In this document: in pieces, positions 29,729 to 40,037 of the stretch
Layout of the letters: each line of letters opens with the position of its first letter
How positions within the stretch are numbered: the first letter of the stretch is position 1
Source of the DNA: Coriobacteriales bacterium
GTDB taxonomy: Bacteria; Actinomycetota; Coriobacteriia; Coriobacteriales; UBA8131
DNA length: 64,000 nt
Direction: 5' to 3'
NCBI GenBank assembly: GCA_031288185.1
Contig: JAITRZ010000014.1
Span: 17,091-81,090, forward strand
Notes under the pieces: model-generated
Database searches by the model: none
What the model saw: only the letters and a program-made list of their open reading frames with translations
What the model was told of the DNA's origin: nothing
Made by a program: the position numbers and the translations under genes

Positions 29729-30514
29729 ATGAGCAAGGATACCAAAAGACCCAATCTGGATGACGCTCACGAGCTGGACATGCGTGACGCAGGTTTGGAT
29801 GATGCTCACAAGCCGGACATGCTGTCGCGCGCCAACCGGCGCGCGCGAATTGGCATGGTTGCGGCAATCGCGGCGGTGCTTGTGATAGCGGTAGCCTGCG
29901 GTGGTTGGGTTTGGCATGAGGATCCCAGTTTCTGTGGTGCCATCTGCCATGAACCGATGGACACCTATGTATCCGGGTATTATGCTAGCCCCGGACAGGT
30001 CACTACCGATGCCTATGGTGGCGACGCTTCGGCCATGCTTGTGACAACGCATGCCTCCGAGGGTGTCAGCTGCCTGCAGTGCCACCCACCTGATATTGCC
30101 CAGCAAATAGGTGAATTAAGCACCTGGCTCTCTGGTAACTATGACTATCCGCTGGTAGAAAAGGATGTGAAGCAGCTGCTTGTTGACGCGCATCAACCCG
30201 TTCAGGGCAATGGATCAGAATTCTGTCTGGTGGAAGGCTGCCATGTGGACGCAGACGGCAATCCGCTCACTGAAGAAAGCCTAAGAAGCACCCTTGCGGG
30301 AAAGCCAGGATATACGTATCGCAACCCGCATGTGGCACCTTCTGGCTCACCCCACGGCCTTTTGGAATATACCTGTTCAGATTGCCATAAGTCACATCGT
30401 GCCTCTACCAACGCCTGTACGCGCTGTCACTATGACCTGGTACCCCTCCTGCCCGACGGCTGGGAACCCTGGGCAATCAATGCGGGGGTTTTGTCTCAGG
30501 TACATCTTCAGTAA
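29729..30514 (+). CDS. Membrane-anchored multiheme cytochrome c
   Basis: N-terminal TM helix; heme motifs CGAICH, CLQCH, CLVEGCH, CSDCH, CTRCH. Confidence 0.88.
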   Translation: MSKDTKRPNLDDAHELDMRDAGLDDAHKPDMLSRANRRARIGMVAAIAAVLVIAVACGGWVWHEDPSFCGAICHEPMDTYVSGYYASPGQVTTDAYGGDASAMLVTTHASEGVSCLQCHPPDIAQQIGELSTWLSGNYDYPLVEKDVKQLLVDAHQPVQGNGSEFCLVEGCHVDADGNPLTEESLRSTLAGKPGYTYRNPHVAPSGSPHGLLEYTCSDCHKSHRASTNACTRCHYDLVPLLPDGWEPWAINAGVLSQVHLQ

Positions 30515-30791
30515 CAAGAGGTTTTGAGCGACAGCAAGGCGCTCTCTCGCCGTCACTCTGAACAAAGCGCAGCAAGTCCGGCAGTCCCTCCATGCGCTCT
30601 GCCGGACAGCCTTACCAACGCGCTCTTTAGAGTGAAGAAGTAGGAGCAGGCACAGCCCAGATAAAGCTGATGGTATGGGGATTATGAACGCAGCTCAGGC
30701 GACCTTGGTCGCCTGAGCCCACCACCGTAGTGGCTCAACATGAAATTTGGCCGAATCTGGTCACAAAACATAGTCGAAACATCAGCGCCAC

Positions 30792-30820
30792 TTGACATTT
30801 GAGTCCTCATTGTGCACTAT
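30792..30820 (+). promoter_or_regulatory. Sigma70-type promoter of the T-box leader
   Basis: TTGACA (30792-30797), 17-bp spacer, CACTAT (30815-30820). Confidence 0.7.
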
Positions 30821-30827
30821 AGGTGCC

Positions 30828-31325
30828 AACGCGTTGACGGAGAGAAGGATGGCGTATCCTGTTTGGGGCGAATGTCCCGTCCAGAGAGTCCGCGGTTGCT
30901 GTGAGCGGATAGCAGAACGACATGTATGTACACTCCTGAGCGGATCACCTGAAAGCCACCTACCTTTTGGGCGCCTGTGCTTGCCATGAGCAGGCCGGTG
31001 GTGTCCAGGCGGCCACTTGCCAGGGCGCTGAGGCACCCAAACCTTAATGGCGCGTAGCGATTGTTGAGGGGAGGCGGCCGTCAGGGCAGTGCGTTGCTAG
31101 CAACAGAGGTATCGGCAACATCCAGGTGGCAGATGCCGCCTGCGAGCAATGAGCAAGTAGGGTGATACGGGTGCCCCCCGTTATAGGGCTGGGATTAGGA
31201 GCCTGACCCGGGCTTTGATCCGATGAGAGGCGGCTTGGCCGCAACCGGGGTGGTACCGCGGAAGTCTTGAGAGCTTTCGTCCCCGGGCAAGTGTTTTGCC
31301 CGGAGAGGAAGGCTTTTTTCTTTTC
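30828..31325 (+). ncRNA. T-box riboswitch leader, transcription-attenuation type, probable Tyr (UAC) specifier
   Basis: Stem I with AGAGAG and GCTGTGA distal motifs, closing TAC-A-CTCC (TAC 30929-30931); stem II GAAA/AGTA; CCGTTA F-box; T-box GGGTGGTACCGCG (31248-31260) with TCGTCCC; terminator hairpin followed by a U-tract. Confidence 0.92.
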
Positions 31326-31397
31326 CTCCCGAGCGGTCATGTAACGCTCCGTCGGCCCTGGTCCGAGGCCGGGAGCACAGAGAATGGGAGGCCCCCT

Positions 31398-32846
31398 ATG
31401 GACACAGTGAAGTTAAGCAGTGGTGAGTTTGTGCCTTTGGAAATGCATAAGGCGCGCATTGTCCAGCGCATTACTCTGGAGCCCATCGAACAACGCAAGC
31501 GGGCGATAGAAGAAGCAGGCTTTAATACTTTTTTGCTTAAAAACCGGCATGTCTTTCTCGATATGCTCACCGATAGCGGCGTCAATGCCATGAGCATTGA
31601 GCAGCAGGCAGCCATGCTGCTGGCTGACGATAGCTATGCGGGCTCTGAGACCTATTACCGTCTGGAGCAGGCACTCATGGATTTTTTTGGTACACGCTAT
31701 TTTTTGCCAACCCATCAGGGTCGCGCCGCAGAAAACGTTTTAGCTAACAGCTTTATACAACCCGGCTTGGTAGCACTGATGAATTTTCACTTTACTACTA
31801 CCAAAGCCCTCGTCACTCTGCGGGGAGGTTCAGTTCTAGAACTGGTTTCAGAGGCTGGCCTGGAGATTGAGAGCGATCTGCCCTTCAAGGGTGACTTTGA
31901 CCTCGCGAGCCTGAACGCTGAGATTGAACGTTTGGGCACGGACAACATTGCCTTTGTGCGTGCCGAAGCTGGTACCAACCTTATCGGCGGTCAACCAATT
32001 TCCATGGGCAACATGCGAGCGGTCTCAGCTGTCTGTAAAGAAAAGGGCCTGCTTTCGGTGCTGGATGCCAGCCTATTGGCAGACAACCTCTACTTTATCA
32101 AAACCCGCGAAGCCGGCTTTGCTGATGTTGACCTGGCCACTATCACCCGCGAACTGGGCCAGCTCTTCGATATTATCTACTTTAGCGCCCGCAAATTGGG
32201 TTGTGTGCGCGGTGGTGGTATCGTCACCAATAACGAGGAGCTCTACAAACAGATGCGTGGTTTTGTGCCGCTGTTTGAGGGGTTTCTGACGTATGGTGGC
32301 ATGTCGGTGCGCGAGATGGAAGCGCTGGCAGTGGGCCTGCGCGAAACCCTGGATTTTGATGTCATCAGCCAGACGCCGATTTTTGTCAGGGCACTTACCG
32401 AGGAGTTAACCAGGAAGGGTGTGCCCACGGTGACACCGGCAGGCGGTCTGGGCTGCCATATAAACGCTTTCAAGTTTCTACCCCATATTAAGCAGAGCCA
32501 CTACCCGGCTGGAGCCCTGGCGGCGGCGGTGTTCCTGGCCGGCGGTATTCGTGGCATGGAGCGCGGCACCCTTTCAGAACAGCGCAATCCCGATGGCAGT
32601 GAGCCGTTGGCCGAGATGGAATTGCTGCGTCTGGCCTTTCCCAAAAGGGTATTTTCGCTTTCCCAGGTAAAGTACATTGCCGATCGAGTGGCCTGGCTGT
32701 TTGCCAACCGCGAACTGGTGGGAGGGCTGCGCTTTGTGGAAGAGCCACCAACACTCCGCTTTTTCTTTGGTCGCCTGGAACCCCTGGGAAACTGGCCGCA
32801 GCAATTGGTTGATGCCTTCCGTTGCGACTTTGGCGACAGCCTGTGA
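31398..32846 (+). CDS. PLP beta-eliminating lyase of the tryptophanase/tyrosine phenol-lyase family, with TPL-type specificity residues
   Basis: DMLTDSG, DDSYAGS, PTHQGRAAE, FSARK (PLP Lys), EGFLTYGG. NFHFTTT, GMERG and LRFF match TPL T124/R381/F448 rather than TnaA D/I/H. Confidence 0.9.
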   Translation: MDTVKLSSGEFVPLEMHKARIVQRITLEPIEQRKRAIEEAGFNTFLLKNRHVFLDMLTDSGVNAMSIEQQAAMLLADDSYAGSETYYRLEQALMDFFGTRYFLPTHQGRAAENVLANSFIQPGLVALMNFHFTTTKALVTLRGGSVLELVSEAGLEIESDLPFKGDFDLASLNAEIERLGTDNIAFVRAEAGTNLIGGQPISMGNMRAVSAVCKEKGLLSVLDASLLADNLYFIKTREAGFADVDLATITRELGQLFDIIYFSARKLGCVRGGGIVTNNEELYKQMRGFVPLFEGFLTYGGMSVREMEALAVGLRETLDFDVISQTPIFVRALTEELTRKGVPTVTPAGGLGCHINAFKFLPHIKQSHYPAGALAAAVFLAGGIRGMERGTLSEQRNPDGSEPLAEMELLRLAFPKRVFSLSQVKYIADRVAWLFANRELVGGLRFVEEPPTLRFFFGRLEPLGNWPQQLVDAFRCDFGDSL

Positions 32847-33147
32847 GGCCACCGGGTGCCTATTTTGCTTATTATATTAGTATTTCACCAACCTCGTTCC
32901 AACTGCTGGTGAGACTGCTGGCCTGATGTATTGCCCCCTCTTGCCCGTTTTGTTGTAGAATGGCAAGCCGTGCTGGTTCTGTAGACCTCCCTGGGATTTC
33001 CTGAAACATCTAACAGACAGCATATCGACCGATCTCCGCGCTATCAGGTACAGGTTTTTTGAAGAGGACTGTACCGGGGAGATGTACGACCGACCCCCGT
33101 GCCAGCAAACGCGGGGATCCAGACAGACCTGAAGGCAGGTGATAGTT

Positions 33148-33765
33148 ATGAGCAAGGCAGACGATGTCAAAAACGCTACCCCGGATAGAACGCCTCCGGG
33201 CAGTATTGGCGCTAAAATAACAGAATTGCGGGAAGCCTTGCTGTTGTCGCCTGAGGATCTGGCTGAGCGTTGCGGTTGTGCGGTGCAGGTTATTACGGAT
33301 CTGGAGGGCGGACAATTGGCGCCTTCACTGGCTCCGCTTATCAAGATTACGCGAGCTTTGGGTGTGCGTCTGGGCACCCTGCTTGATGACGATGAAAACC
33401 TGGGACCGGTGCTCACCAGGGCCAACGCCTACAAGGGTTCTACGCGCCTGAAGGGCCTGGAGACACACAGCGACGCAGGTGAGCTCAGTTTCTTTTCGCT
33501 GGCCGAAGGTAAGGCTGCCCGTCACATGGAGCCCTTTTTTATCAGTCTGGAACCCTCCCAGGACCTGGAACACAGCCTCAGCGCCCATGAGGGTGAGGAA
33601 TGGCTGTTTGCTCTGGAAGGTTCGCTTGAGATAGAGTACGGAAAACAACTCTTCATCCTTGAACCCGGCGATAGCATTTACTATGATTCCATCGTGCCCC
33701 ATCAGGTTCGCTCCCATAACGGCCAGAGCGCTCGCTTTGTGGCCTGTGTCTACACGCCGGTGTAG
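33148..33765 (+). CDS. XRE-family HTH regulator with C-terminal cupin
   Basis: [10 protein letters not shown]...EDLAERCG...[11 protein letters not shown]; [21 protein letters not shown]; start 33139 or 33148. Confidence 0.9.
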   Translation: MSKADDVKNATPDRTPPGSIGAKITELREALLLSPEDLAERCGCAVQVITDLEGGQLAPSLAPLIKITRALGVRLGTLLDDDENLGPVLTRANAYKGSTRLKGLETHSDAGELSFFSLAEGKAARHMEPFFISLEPSQDLEHSLSAHEGEEWLFALEGSLEIEYGKQLFILEPGDSIYYDSIVPHQVRSHNGQSARFVACVYTPV

Positions 33766-33773
33766 GTGATTTT

Positions 33774-35444
33774 GTGACAGAGAATTTTCCCCTGCATAGC
33801 GAGTTAACCATTGGCGACTATTTTGCCGCTCAACGGGCCTTGGATCCCAACCATGAGTTTGTTGTCTATCCTGATCGCCAACTGCGTTGGACGTACGGCG
33901 ATTTTGATATTCGAACCAACAATCTTGCCAAGGGCCTTTTAGCCATTGGGATGCGACCCGGCGACCACCTGGGTGTCTGGGCGCGCAATATCCCAGACTG
34001 GCTGACCTTCATGTACGCCACCGCCAAGGCGGGCATTGTGCTGGTCACAATGAATCCGGCCTACAAGAGTCATGAGCTTGATTACGTGCTCAAACAGAGC
34101 GATATGTCCACCCTGTGCGTTATCGACGCCTGGCGCGATGTGGATTACATAAAGATAATTCGCGACCTGATACCTGAGGCCCAAAGCTACGAGCGGGGAT
34201 ATCTGCAAACTGCCGAATACCCCTACCTAAAGAACCTTGTCTACATGGGACCAGAAAAACACCGCGGCTTTTTTACCGTGCCCGAATTGCTGCTGTTGGG
34301 ATCACACCTTAATGATGACCAGCTGCGCCAGGCCCAGGGCACGTTTGACAATAATTCCGTTGTGAATATGCAATACACCAGTGGAACCACCGGCTTTCCC
34401 AAAGGGGTCATGTTAACGCACCGCAACATCTTAAATAACGGCTTTTATATTGGTGAAAACCAGAAACTCGGCCCTGATGACCGGGTCTGTCTGCCGGTAC
34501 CCTTTTTTCACTGCTTTGGCTGCGTGTTGGGGGTTATGGCATCACTGACCCATCGTTCTACGATGATCATTGTAGAGGAGTTTGACGCGCTCATGGTGCT
34601 GGAAGCCATCGAAAAGGAACAAGCTACCGCCGTCTATGGCGTACCAACAATGTATATTGCCGAGCTAAACCACCCACTGTTTGACCGGTTTAACCTGAGC
34701 AGTTTGCGTACTGGCATCATTGCGGGGGCTGCTGTGCCGCCAGAAACCACCAAGGAGGCTATGGAGCGCATGAATATGCGCCAGATAACCAACTGTTATG
34801 GACTGACGGAAACCTCCCCGGTGTTTATTCAAACCAATGCAGACGATGATGACTGGCACAAGCAGTACACCGTGGGTCGTCCCCATCCTGCCGTGCAGGT
34901 GCGGGTCATCGACCCTGAAGACGGCCATATCTGTGGCCCAGGAGAGATTGGTGAGCTGTGCTGTAAGGGCTATAACGTTATGAAGGGCTACTATAAGATG
35001 CCTGAGGCCACTGCTGAGGCCATAGACGCTGATGGCTTTTTGCACTCCGGCGACCTGGGTTCTTTTGATGATGAAGGCTATTATCGCGTAACCGGCCGCA
35101 TAAAGGATATGATCATTCGCGGTGGCGAAAACATATATCCGTTGGAGATAGAAGATTTCCTGCTGTCAGTTCCCGGTGTGTTGGATGCCCAGGTAGTAGG
35201 TGCCCCTGATCCTACCTATGGCGAGATCGTTGTGGCCTTCATTAAACAGCGCGAGGGTTTTGAGCTAACTGAGGCGGGCATTCGCGAACATGCCCAAAAG
35301 CACATCGCCCGCTTCAAGGTTCCCAAATATGTATTTTTTGTGGATGAATATCCTGAGACAACCTCTAAAAAAGTCCAGAAGTTCAAACTGCGCGAGCAGG
35401 CCGCTGAGTTAGTGGAGCAGCGCAGGGTAGAGGCGCAAACGTAA
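33774..35444 (+). CDS. AMP-dependent acyl-CoA synthetase
   Basis: [43 protein letters not shown]. Confidence 0.93.
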   Translation: MTENFPLHSELTIGDYFAAQRALDPNHEFVVYPDRQLRWTYGDFDIRTNNLAKGLLAIGMRPGDHLGVWARNIPDWLTFMYATAKAGIVLVTMNPAYKSHELDYVLKQSDMSTLCVIDAWRDVDYIKIIRDLIPEAQSYERGYLQTAEYPYLKNLVYMGPEKHRGFFTVPELLLLGSHLNDDQLRQAQGTFDNNSVVNMQYTSGTTGFPKGVMLTHRNILNNGFYIGENQKLGPDDRVCLPVPFFHCFGCVLGVMASLTHRSTMIIVEEFDALMVLEAIEKEQATAVYGVPTMYIAELNHPLFDRFNLSSLRTGIIAGAAVPPETTKEAMERMNMRQITNCYGLTETSPVFIQTNADDDDWHKQYTVGRPHPAVQVRVIDPEDGHICGPGEIGELCCKGYNVMKGYYKMPEATAEAIDADGFLHSGDLGSFDDEGYYRVTGRIKDMIIRGGENIYPLEIEDFLLSVPGVLDAQVVGAPDPTYGEIVVAFIKQREGFELTEAGIREHAQKHIARFKVPKYVFFVDEYPETTSKKVQKFKLREQAAELVEQRRVEAQT

Positions 35445-35486
35445 GAGAAACTATGCCCGTGCTGTTGACCGGCGATGTGGAAAAAA

Positions 35487-36617
35487 CTAATCCTTGGCTA
35501 TCTCGCGTTCCAGTAGATGGATCTTGATAAGGTCAGGATGTATCACCGCCTCCTGTGGCTGACCAAGGGCGGCAAGCAGGACAACGCGCAGGCCATCCCG
35601 CGCGGCGGCGGCGTTGACCAGCATCTCCTCAAACAGCACGTCAACGTCAAACGGCTCAAGAAGAGGCGGCAGGTTGAGACTGGTCAGTAGGGATTCCTGT
35701 TGGGTTGTGAGCTCCCTGGAGGCGTTGATAACCTCCTCGGCCAGCCTGGCACAGTAACGCATACCCTCTGCCAGGGCGCGACCAGAGGCAACGGGCGCAG
35801 TGGGTGCGGCAGCCGACACGGCTAGTGCCACAGCCTCCAGGGCGTGCGCGAACGGCCGGCCATAGCTCTGGTAGGCACATGTTTCTGTAGCGTTGGCGTT
35901 GGTGGTAAGGGCGAGCGCTCGAAAAGCGAGGGTTTGAACTATGGCCTCCTGAAGGCTGGCTTCATCATGCGCCACCAGCCCCTCGACGTTATTGTGTAAC
36001 CACTCCAGCGAACCCCCGCCTTCCAGCAGGGCCGTTTGGGCAATTTCCGCAAAGCCGTTTTCCCAATCGGCCCTTGAGTTCGCGGCCAGCGATTGGAGGT
36101 CACAGGTCGCGTACACCGGCAAGCTGTCAGTCACAATCCGGTCGCTGGCAGTTCCCATATCAAGGGCCGCATGGTTTGCCAGGGTGTGGCCCACCATGGC
36201 GGCCAGCGTCACCGGTACACGCACCAGGGGGAGACCGCCTTGGTAGACTGCTGATGCAAATCCTGCCGCGTCCAACACCGCCTCTCCACCCAGAGCGACA
36301 ATCAGGGTGCCGCGCCTAGTATCTAAAAGCGTTATTTGTTTAAGCAATTTAAGAACCGCCGGAGCGGACTTGGCCGCGCGGCCAGACGGCAGGGTTATCT
36401 CTGCGACGGTAAACGCTGCCTTTGACAAACCGGCCCTGGCTTTTTGCAGGGATGCGGGAGAAATAAGCGCGTCGGTTACTAAAATCGCGTTGTCTGTGGT
36501 ACTGGTAAGGAGGGTATCGCGCAGGTGCACCCCCAGGTTTACCAACAGGCGATTGCCCACACGTATATCAAAACGGTGCTTTTCATCAATGATCGCGCGC
36601 AGGCGACGGGTTCCCAT
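35487..36617 (-). CDS. 3-dehydroquinate synthase-like protein with degenerate motifs
   Basis: ALGGEAVLDAAGFASAVYQGGLPLVRVPVTL aligns to the AroB GGGV.GD.AGF....Y.RG....PTTL motif; VDSSVGGK, EVIK and NLGHT motifs are altered. Confidence 0.75.
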   Translation of the reverse strand: MGTRRLRAIIDEKHRFDIRVGNRLLVNLGVHLRDTLLTSTTDNAILVTDALISPASLQKARAGLSKAAFTVAEITLPSGRAAKSAPAVLKLLKQITLLDTRRGTLIVALGGEAVLDAAGFASAVYQGGLPLVRVPVTLAAMVGHTLANHAALDMGTASDRIVTDSLPVYATCDLQSLAANSRADWENGFAEIAQTALLEGGGSLEWLHNNVEGLVAHDEASLQEAIVQTLAFRALALTTNANATETCAYQSYGRPFAHALEAVALAVSAAAPTAPVASGRALAEGMRYCARLAEEVINASRELTTQQESLLTSLNLPPLLEPFDVDVLFEEMLVNAAAARDGLRVVLLAALGQPQEAVIHPDLIKIHLLEREIAKD

Positions 36618-36626
36618 CCTGATCCT

Positions 36627-37835
36627 CTACCGCTCATAGATCTGACCGCCGCCCAGCAGTTTATACATGGCGTGATATATCTGCTTGGGATCGTTGAGCC
36701 GGTGGGCGGGCGGCTGCATGGTAAAGCGAATAATGGCGCCTTCTATCAGTTCTTTGATAGGCACCTTACTCTCGATACAAATAGCCTGGGTGGGACAGAT
36801 GTCCTCACAAAGGCGGCACTGTACACAGTCTGCCGGATAGTGTTCCACACCCATGTCGCCGTTTTTACCCGGATCGTCAAACATGGCAATTGCGCCAGTA
36901 GGGCAGAATGTCGCGCACATCCGGCATGCGCTACAGCGTTTCGCGTCGATGCGCAGATAGCCCCACAGGCGGCTGTCAAGGTATTGGGCCATCGGCTCGC
37001 CAATGAGTGCCAGATGATCAAGCATCCGCTCGCGACGGCTAGGCACAAAGTGGGGCAAGGTGCCATCGGCCATCACCTTAACCACACGGGGTCGGGATCC
37101 ATCAAGCGCCTGTTGCTCCATCTCCAGAGTTTGAAGTGCCGCCTGGCTGGCCGCTTCGGTCATGCGGGTTTTAATCTGGGTAAAAAACTCTCGGCGCGAC
37201 ACACCATCAACATCTGAGGTCTGCGCAGCTTTGTTTCTCTTGCGCAGGACGTTAGCAGGTAGCCCCTCGTCCATCCGCATTGGATCATCACGCCCCCACA
37301 CTGCGAGCAGGGCGCGCATTGTTTCTAAAACAAGTTTTGCAACCTCATAGCCACGGGCGCGGTCGCAATCTGCGCAGATGGCATGAGCAAACCGCGGCGC
37401 TGGCATTCCAGAGGCAATCAGCGCAACAAGTTCGCTTTCTTCTAAGCGTCCCAGACAGCCAAGTCCTATGACCCGGCTCTTATCATACGTGCCTTTGCAG
37501 GCATCAAGCAGTGGCTCACAGGCAAAGACAGGTGCCTGCCCGGTCTCTCTGAGGACGTTCATGCTCATCTCCAACAGCTCTGAGGCTGCTGGCTTGCGCG
37601 CTTCTAAGGCCATCGTTGGGCAGGCGGCGGCGCAGCTGCCACAGCCCAAACAGGTGTCGGGATCAACGGACAGTGTATTGTTTTCTATTCTGATGGCTTC
37701 GGGTGTACAGGCCTGCAGGCAGCGTCGACAGTGAGCGTTACGGTTGCGCACCAAAACGCAACGTTCAGGGTGAAGGATTAGATCGTCGGTATCCAACCTG
37801 CTTAGGCCATCAACTAAATCCAGTATAACCGGCAT
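36627..37835 (-). CDS. Polyferredoxin/4Fe-4S dicluster protein
   Basis: CRRCLQAC, CLGCGSCAAACP, CSACRMCATFCP, CVQCRLCEDICP. Confidence 0.85.
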   Translation of the reverse strand: MPVILDLVDGLSRLDTDDLILHPERCVLVRNRNAHCRRCLQACTPEAIRIENNTLSVDPDTCLGCGSCAAACPTMALEARKPAASELLEMSMNVLRETGQAPVFACEPLLDACKGTYDKSRVIGLGCLGRLEESELVALIASGMPAPRFAHAICADCDRARGYEVAKLVLETMRALLAVWGRDDPMRMDEGLPANVLRKRNKAAQTSDVDGVSRREFFTQIKTRMTEAASQAALQTLEMEQQALDGSRPRVVKVMADGTLPHFVPSRRERMLDHLALIGEPMAQYLDSRLWGYLRIDAKRCSACRMCATFCPTGAIAMFDDPGKNGDMGVEHYPADCVQCRLCEDICPTQAICIESKVPIKELIEGAIIRFTMQPPAHRLNDPKQIYHAMYKLLGGGQIYER

Positions 37836-38244
37836 CTCACAAACCTCGCTTTCTGGACTCCTGCATCCGGGGGAGGCCGGTGGGGGGCCGCCAGATGAAG
37901 ATTCTCGCACAACCTTCTAAATGTCCAAAAGGTACTCGCGCGGAGGGATAAGGGGCGCCCTCCTTGTCCCGTCTCTGTCTCGTCTCCGCTTAAGACGTTA
38001 CGGTACAGACCCTAACCTGGCGCACAGAGGACAACAGGGCCAAGGTTGGCCCAAGCCGCTTAAGACAGGCGAAATGTTACGCGCCGCATGGCCGATTGAC
38101 TAAAGGCGGCCCTCTCGTCTATCATAGCAGAGGGAAAAACCGCTGGCCTCAGCGGATGTTGTTTGCAGAAGAACCCCTCAGGGGGTTTGTTTGCTGTGTA
38201 GTGTAGCATAACCTGGTGTGCGGGCAACATCTGAGAGGACTATC

Positions 38245-39222
38245 ATGAGCCATGATCCACCTGATGCGCAGGGTTTTTCTGGTTATACAGATACCTTTCT
38301 TTCATCCCCCTTTTCTGCTCTTGACACCTTTGGCCTTGACGAGTCGTTTGATCCACTGTCAGACAGTGAATTGGATACTGATGACGAGGATTTTGAAGAG
38401 TCAATCGAGTTGATTGGCCCCGGTAGCCTTTCTGTGCGGCCGGGCTCTGCTACCAAACAAGTTGATACCCGTAGCGCACAGGAACGCATCGCCGATCTTC
38501 TGAAAGCGATGGCTCCTCACCGCAAGGCGCTTTACGGCATCCTGGCTTTTTGTCTAAAGCCGCACCTCGCAAAGGAGGTCGACGGTGAGGTCGAGCGCCT
38601 CAAGGAGCACAGCCTCTCTGTATTCAGTGCAGCTAATTTGACAAATCTTTTAGAACAATCCGGTGGGATTCGTCGCGTTGCGGCGGATGGTAGCGATTAC
38701 AACCAAAATGCAAAACCACAACTGGTTGAGGAGGAGGGGATACCGTACCTTCGTCCGGGGCAGGCGCCTGACATCTACTGGGTTACAACTGCCGAGGGGC
38801 GCGCGGCACTTGAGGCCGACAATCCCTTACAGCGTCTGCGCGAACTATTTGCGACCGACAGCCGATACCTACCCATCTACAAGCGCATACTCACCCTGTG
38901 TAAACGTGAAGGAGGGGTATCAGTCAGGGAGTTGGGCATTCACGTGGATGATGATCCGTTGACGCAAAAGCCACGCCTGTACGCGCCCCGTTTTCTTGAC
39001 CGACTGGAGAAATGCGATGCAGTCATCTGGCGCGGAAACTGGATTATCACCAACATTGGCACGAGTGCCCTGGAATTTCTGGATACGACACGCGATGACT
39101 ATGCCATGCCCACGTCTGAGACAGTGGCGGCCAAACTCGCTCCACAGTTCACCGTACCTGCCATAGCATCAGCGGCGCAAGCGAAGAGGCAAGCGGATGG
39201 CAGGCCGGCAGGCCTGCCATGA
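38245..39222 (+). CDS. Hypothetical protein (paralog of 44654-45460), coupled to a TorD chaperone
   Basis: Long ORF with acidic N-terminus; shares ERIxDLL, IYxRIL and VDDDPLxQxPRxY...FxDRL with the minus-strand copy; ATGA overlap with the next gene. Confidence 0.75.
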   Translation: MSHDPPDAQGFSGYTDTFLSSPFSALDTFGLDESFDPLSDSELDTDDEDFEESIELIGPGSLSVRPGSATKQVDTRSAQERIADLLKAMAPHRKALYGILAFCLKPHLAKEVDGEVERLKEHSLSVFSAANLTNLLEQSGGIRRVAADGSDYNQNAKPQLVEEEGIPYLRPGQAPDIYWVTTAEGRAALEADNPLQRLRELFATDSRYLPIYKRILTLCKREGGVSVRELGIHVDDDPLTQKPRLYAPRFLDRLEKCDAVIWRGNWIITNIGTSALEFLDTTRDDYAMPTSETVAAKLAPQFTVPAIASAAQAKRQADGRPAGLP

Positions 39223-40037
39223 CAACTGACCACTTTACGAACGCCAGTTCTTCTCCAGCTTCTGCCCATCCTAATGCAGGAGCGCCGCGCGCGTTGTCCA
39301 CCAACATCTCAGACGATGGGGCATTGATAGAACTTGCTCAACTGAATGTTCAGCGCGCCGCCACCTATGCCTTCTTAAGCCGACTTTATCGGGTTGAGAT
39401 CGATGCGGAGTTGTTGGAAGAGCTGCGGGAAATGCGCTTTCCGGTGGACACCGGCGACGAGAAGATTGACCGGGGTTATCGAACCATCGCTGTCTATCTA
39501 AGCGCGGTATGGGAAAACAGCCTAACTGAACTGGCCGTGGATTATGCGCGCGTGTTCATCGGCCATGGCGTAGACGCCTTTTCTGCCGCCTATCCCTTTG
39601 AGAGCGTCTATACCTCTGAAAAGCGCCTGCTGATGCAGGATGCTCGCGATGAGGTGCTGGCCCTCTATCGCGCCAGCGGTCTGCATAAATCCTCTCGCTG
39701 GAAGGAAGGCGAAGATCATATCGCCCTTGAGCTGGAGTTTATGCAGGCGCTTTGCCAACGAACCGCTGATGCGTTAAAAAACGGTGATGAAAAAACCGCC
39801 ACGCGCCACTTGCTCTCTCAGCTAAATTTTCTCATTGACCATCTGGCAGCCTGGGCGCCAATGATGACTGCGGATATGAAGAGCTTTGCTCAAACCGGTC
39901 TTTATCAGGGACTGGCCTGGCTGACAGAGGGCTTTCTTGAGACAGAGGTGGAATTTCTAAAGGATCTGTTGGTGTCACACGAGGCGATTGAACAAGGAGA
40001 TAGATCAAGGCAAAATGGTAGGAGTGATCATGGGTGA
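39219..40037 (+). CDS. TorD/DmsD-family molybdoenzyme maturation chaperone
   Basis: LAVDYARVF, AYPFESVY, EDHIALELEFM, FLIDHL..W. Confidence 0.9.
   Translation: MTTDHFTNASSSPASAHPNAGAPRALSTNISDDGALIELAQLNVQRAATYAFLSRLYRVEIDAELLEELREMRFPVDTGDEKIDRGYRTIAVYLSAVWENSLTELAVDYARVFIGHGVDAFSAAYPFESVYTSEKRLLMQDARDEVLALYRASGLHKSSRWKEGEDHIALELEFMQALCQRTADALKNGDEKTATRHLLSQLNFLIDHLAAWAPMMTADMKSFAQTGLYQGLAWLTEGFLETEVEFLKDLLVSHEAIEQGDRSRQNGRSDHG

Noticed and set aside
29750-29825. 39-bp duplication in the cytochrome N-terminus (LDDAHELDM/LDDAHKPDM)
   Set aside because: Local in-frame duplication with no evidence of function.
30693-30718. Perfect inverted repeat GCTCAGGCGACC-TT-GGTCGCCTGAGC
   Set aside because: No U-tract and no second copy seen; probably a terminator-like hairpin, function unsupported.
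31296-31397. ORF-track N-terminal extension of the lyase (TTG start)
   Set aside because: Overlaps the T-box terminator; ATG 31398 has a GGGAGG RBS.
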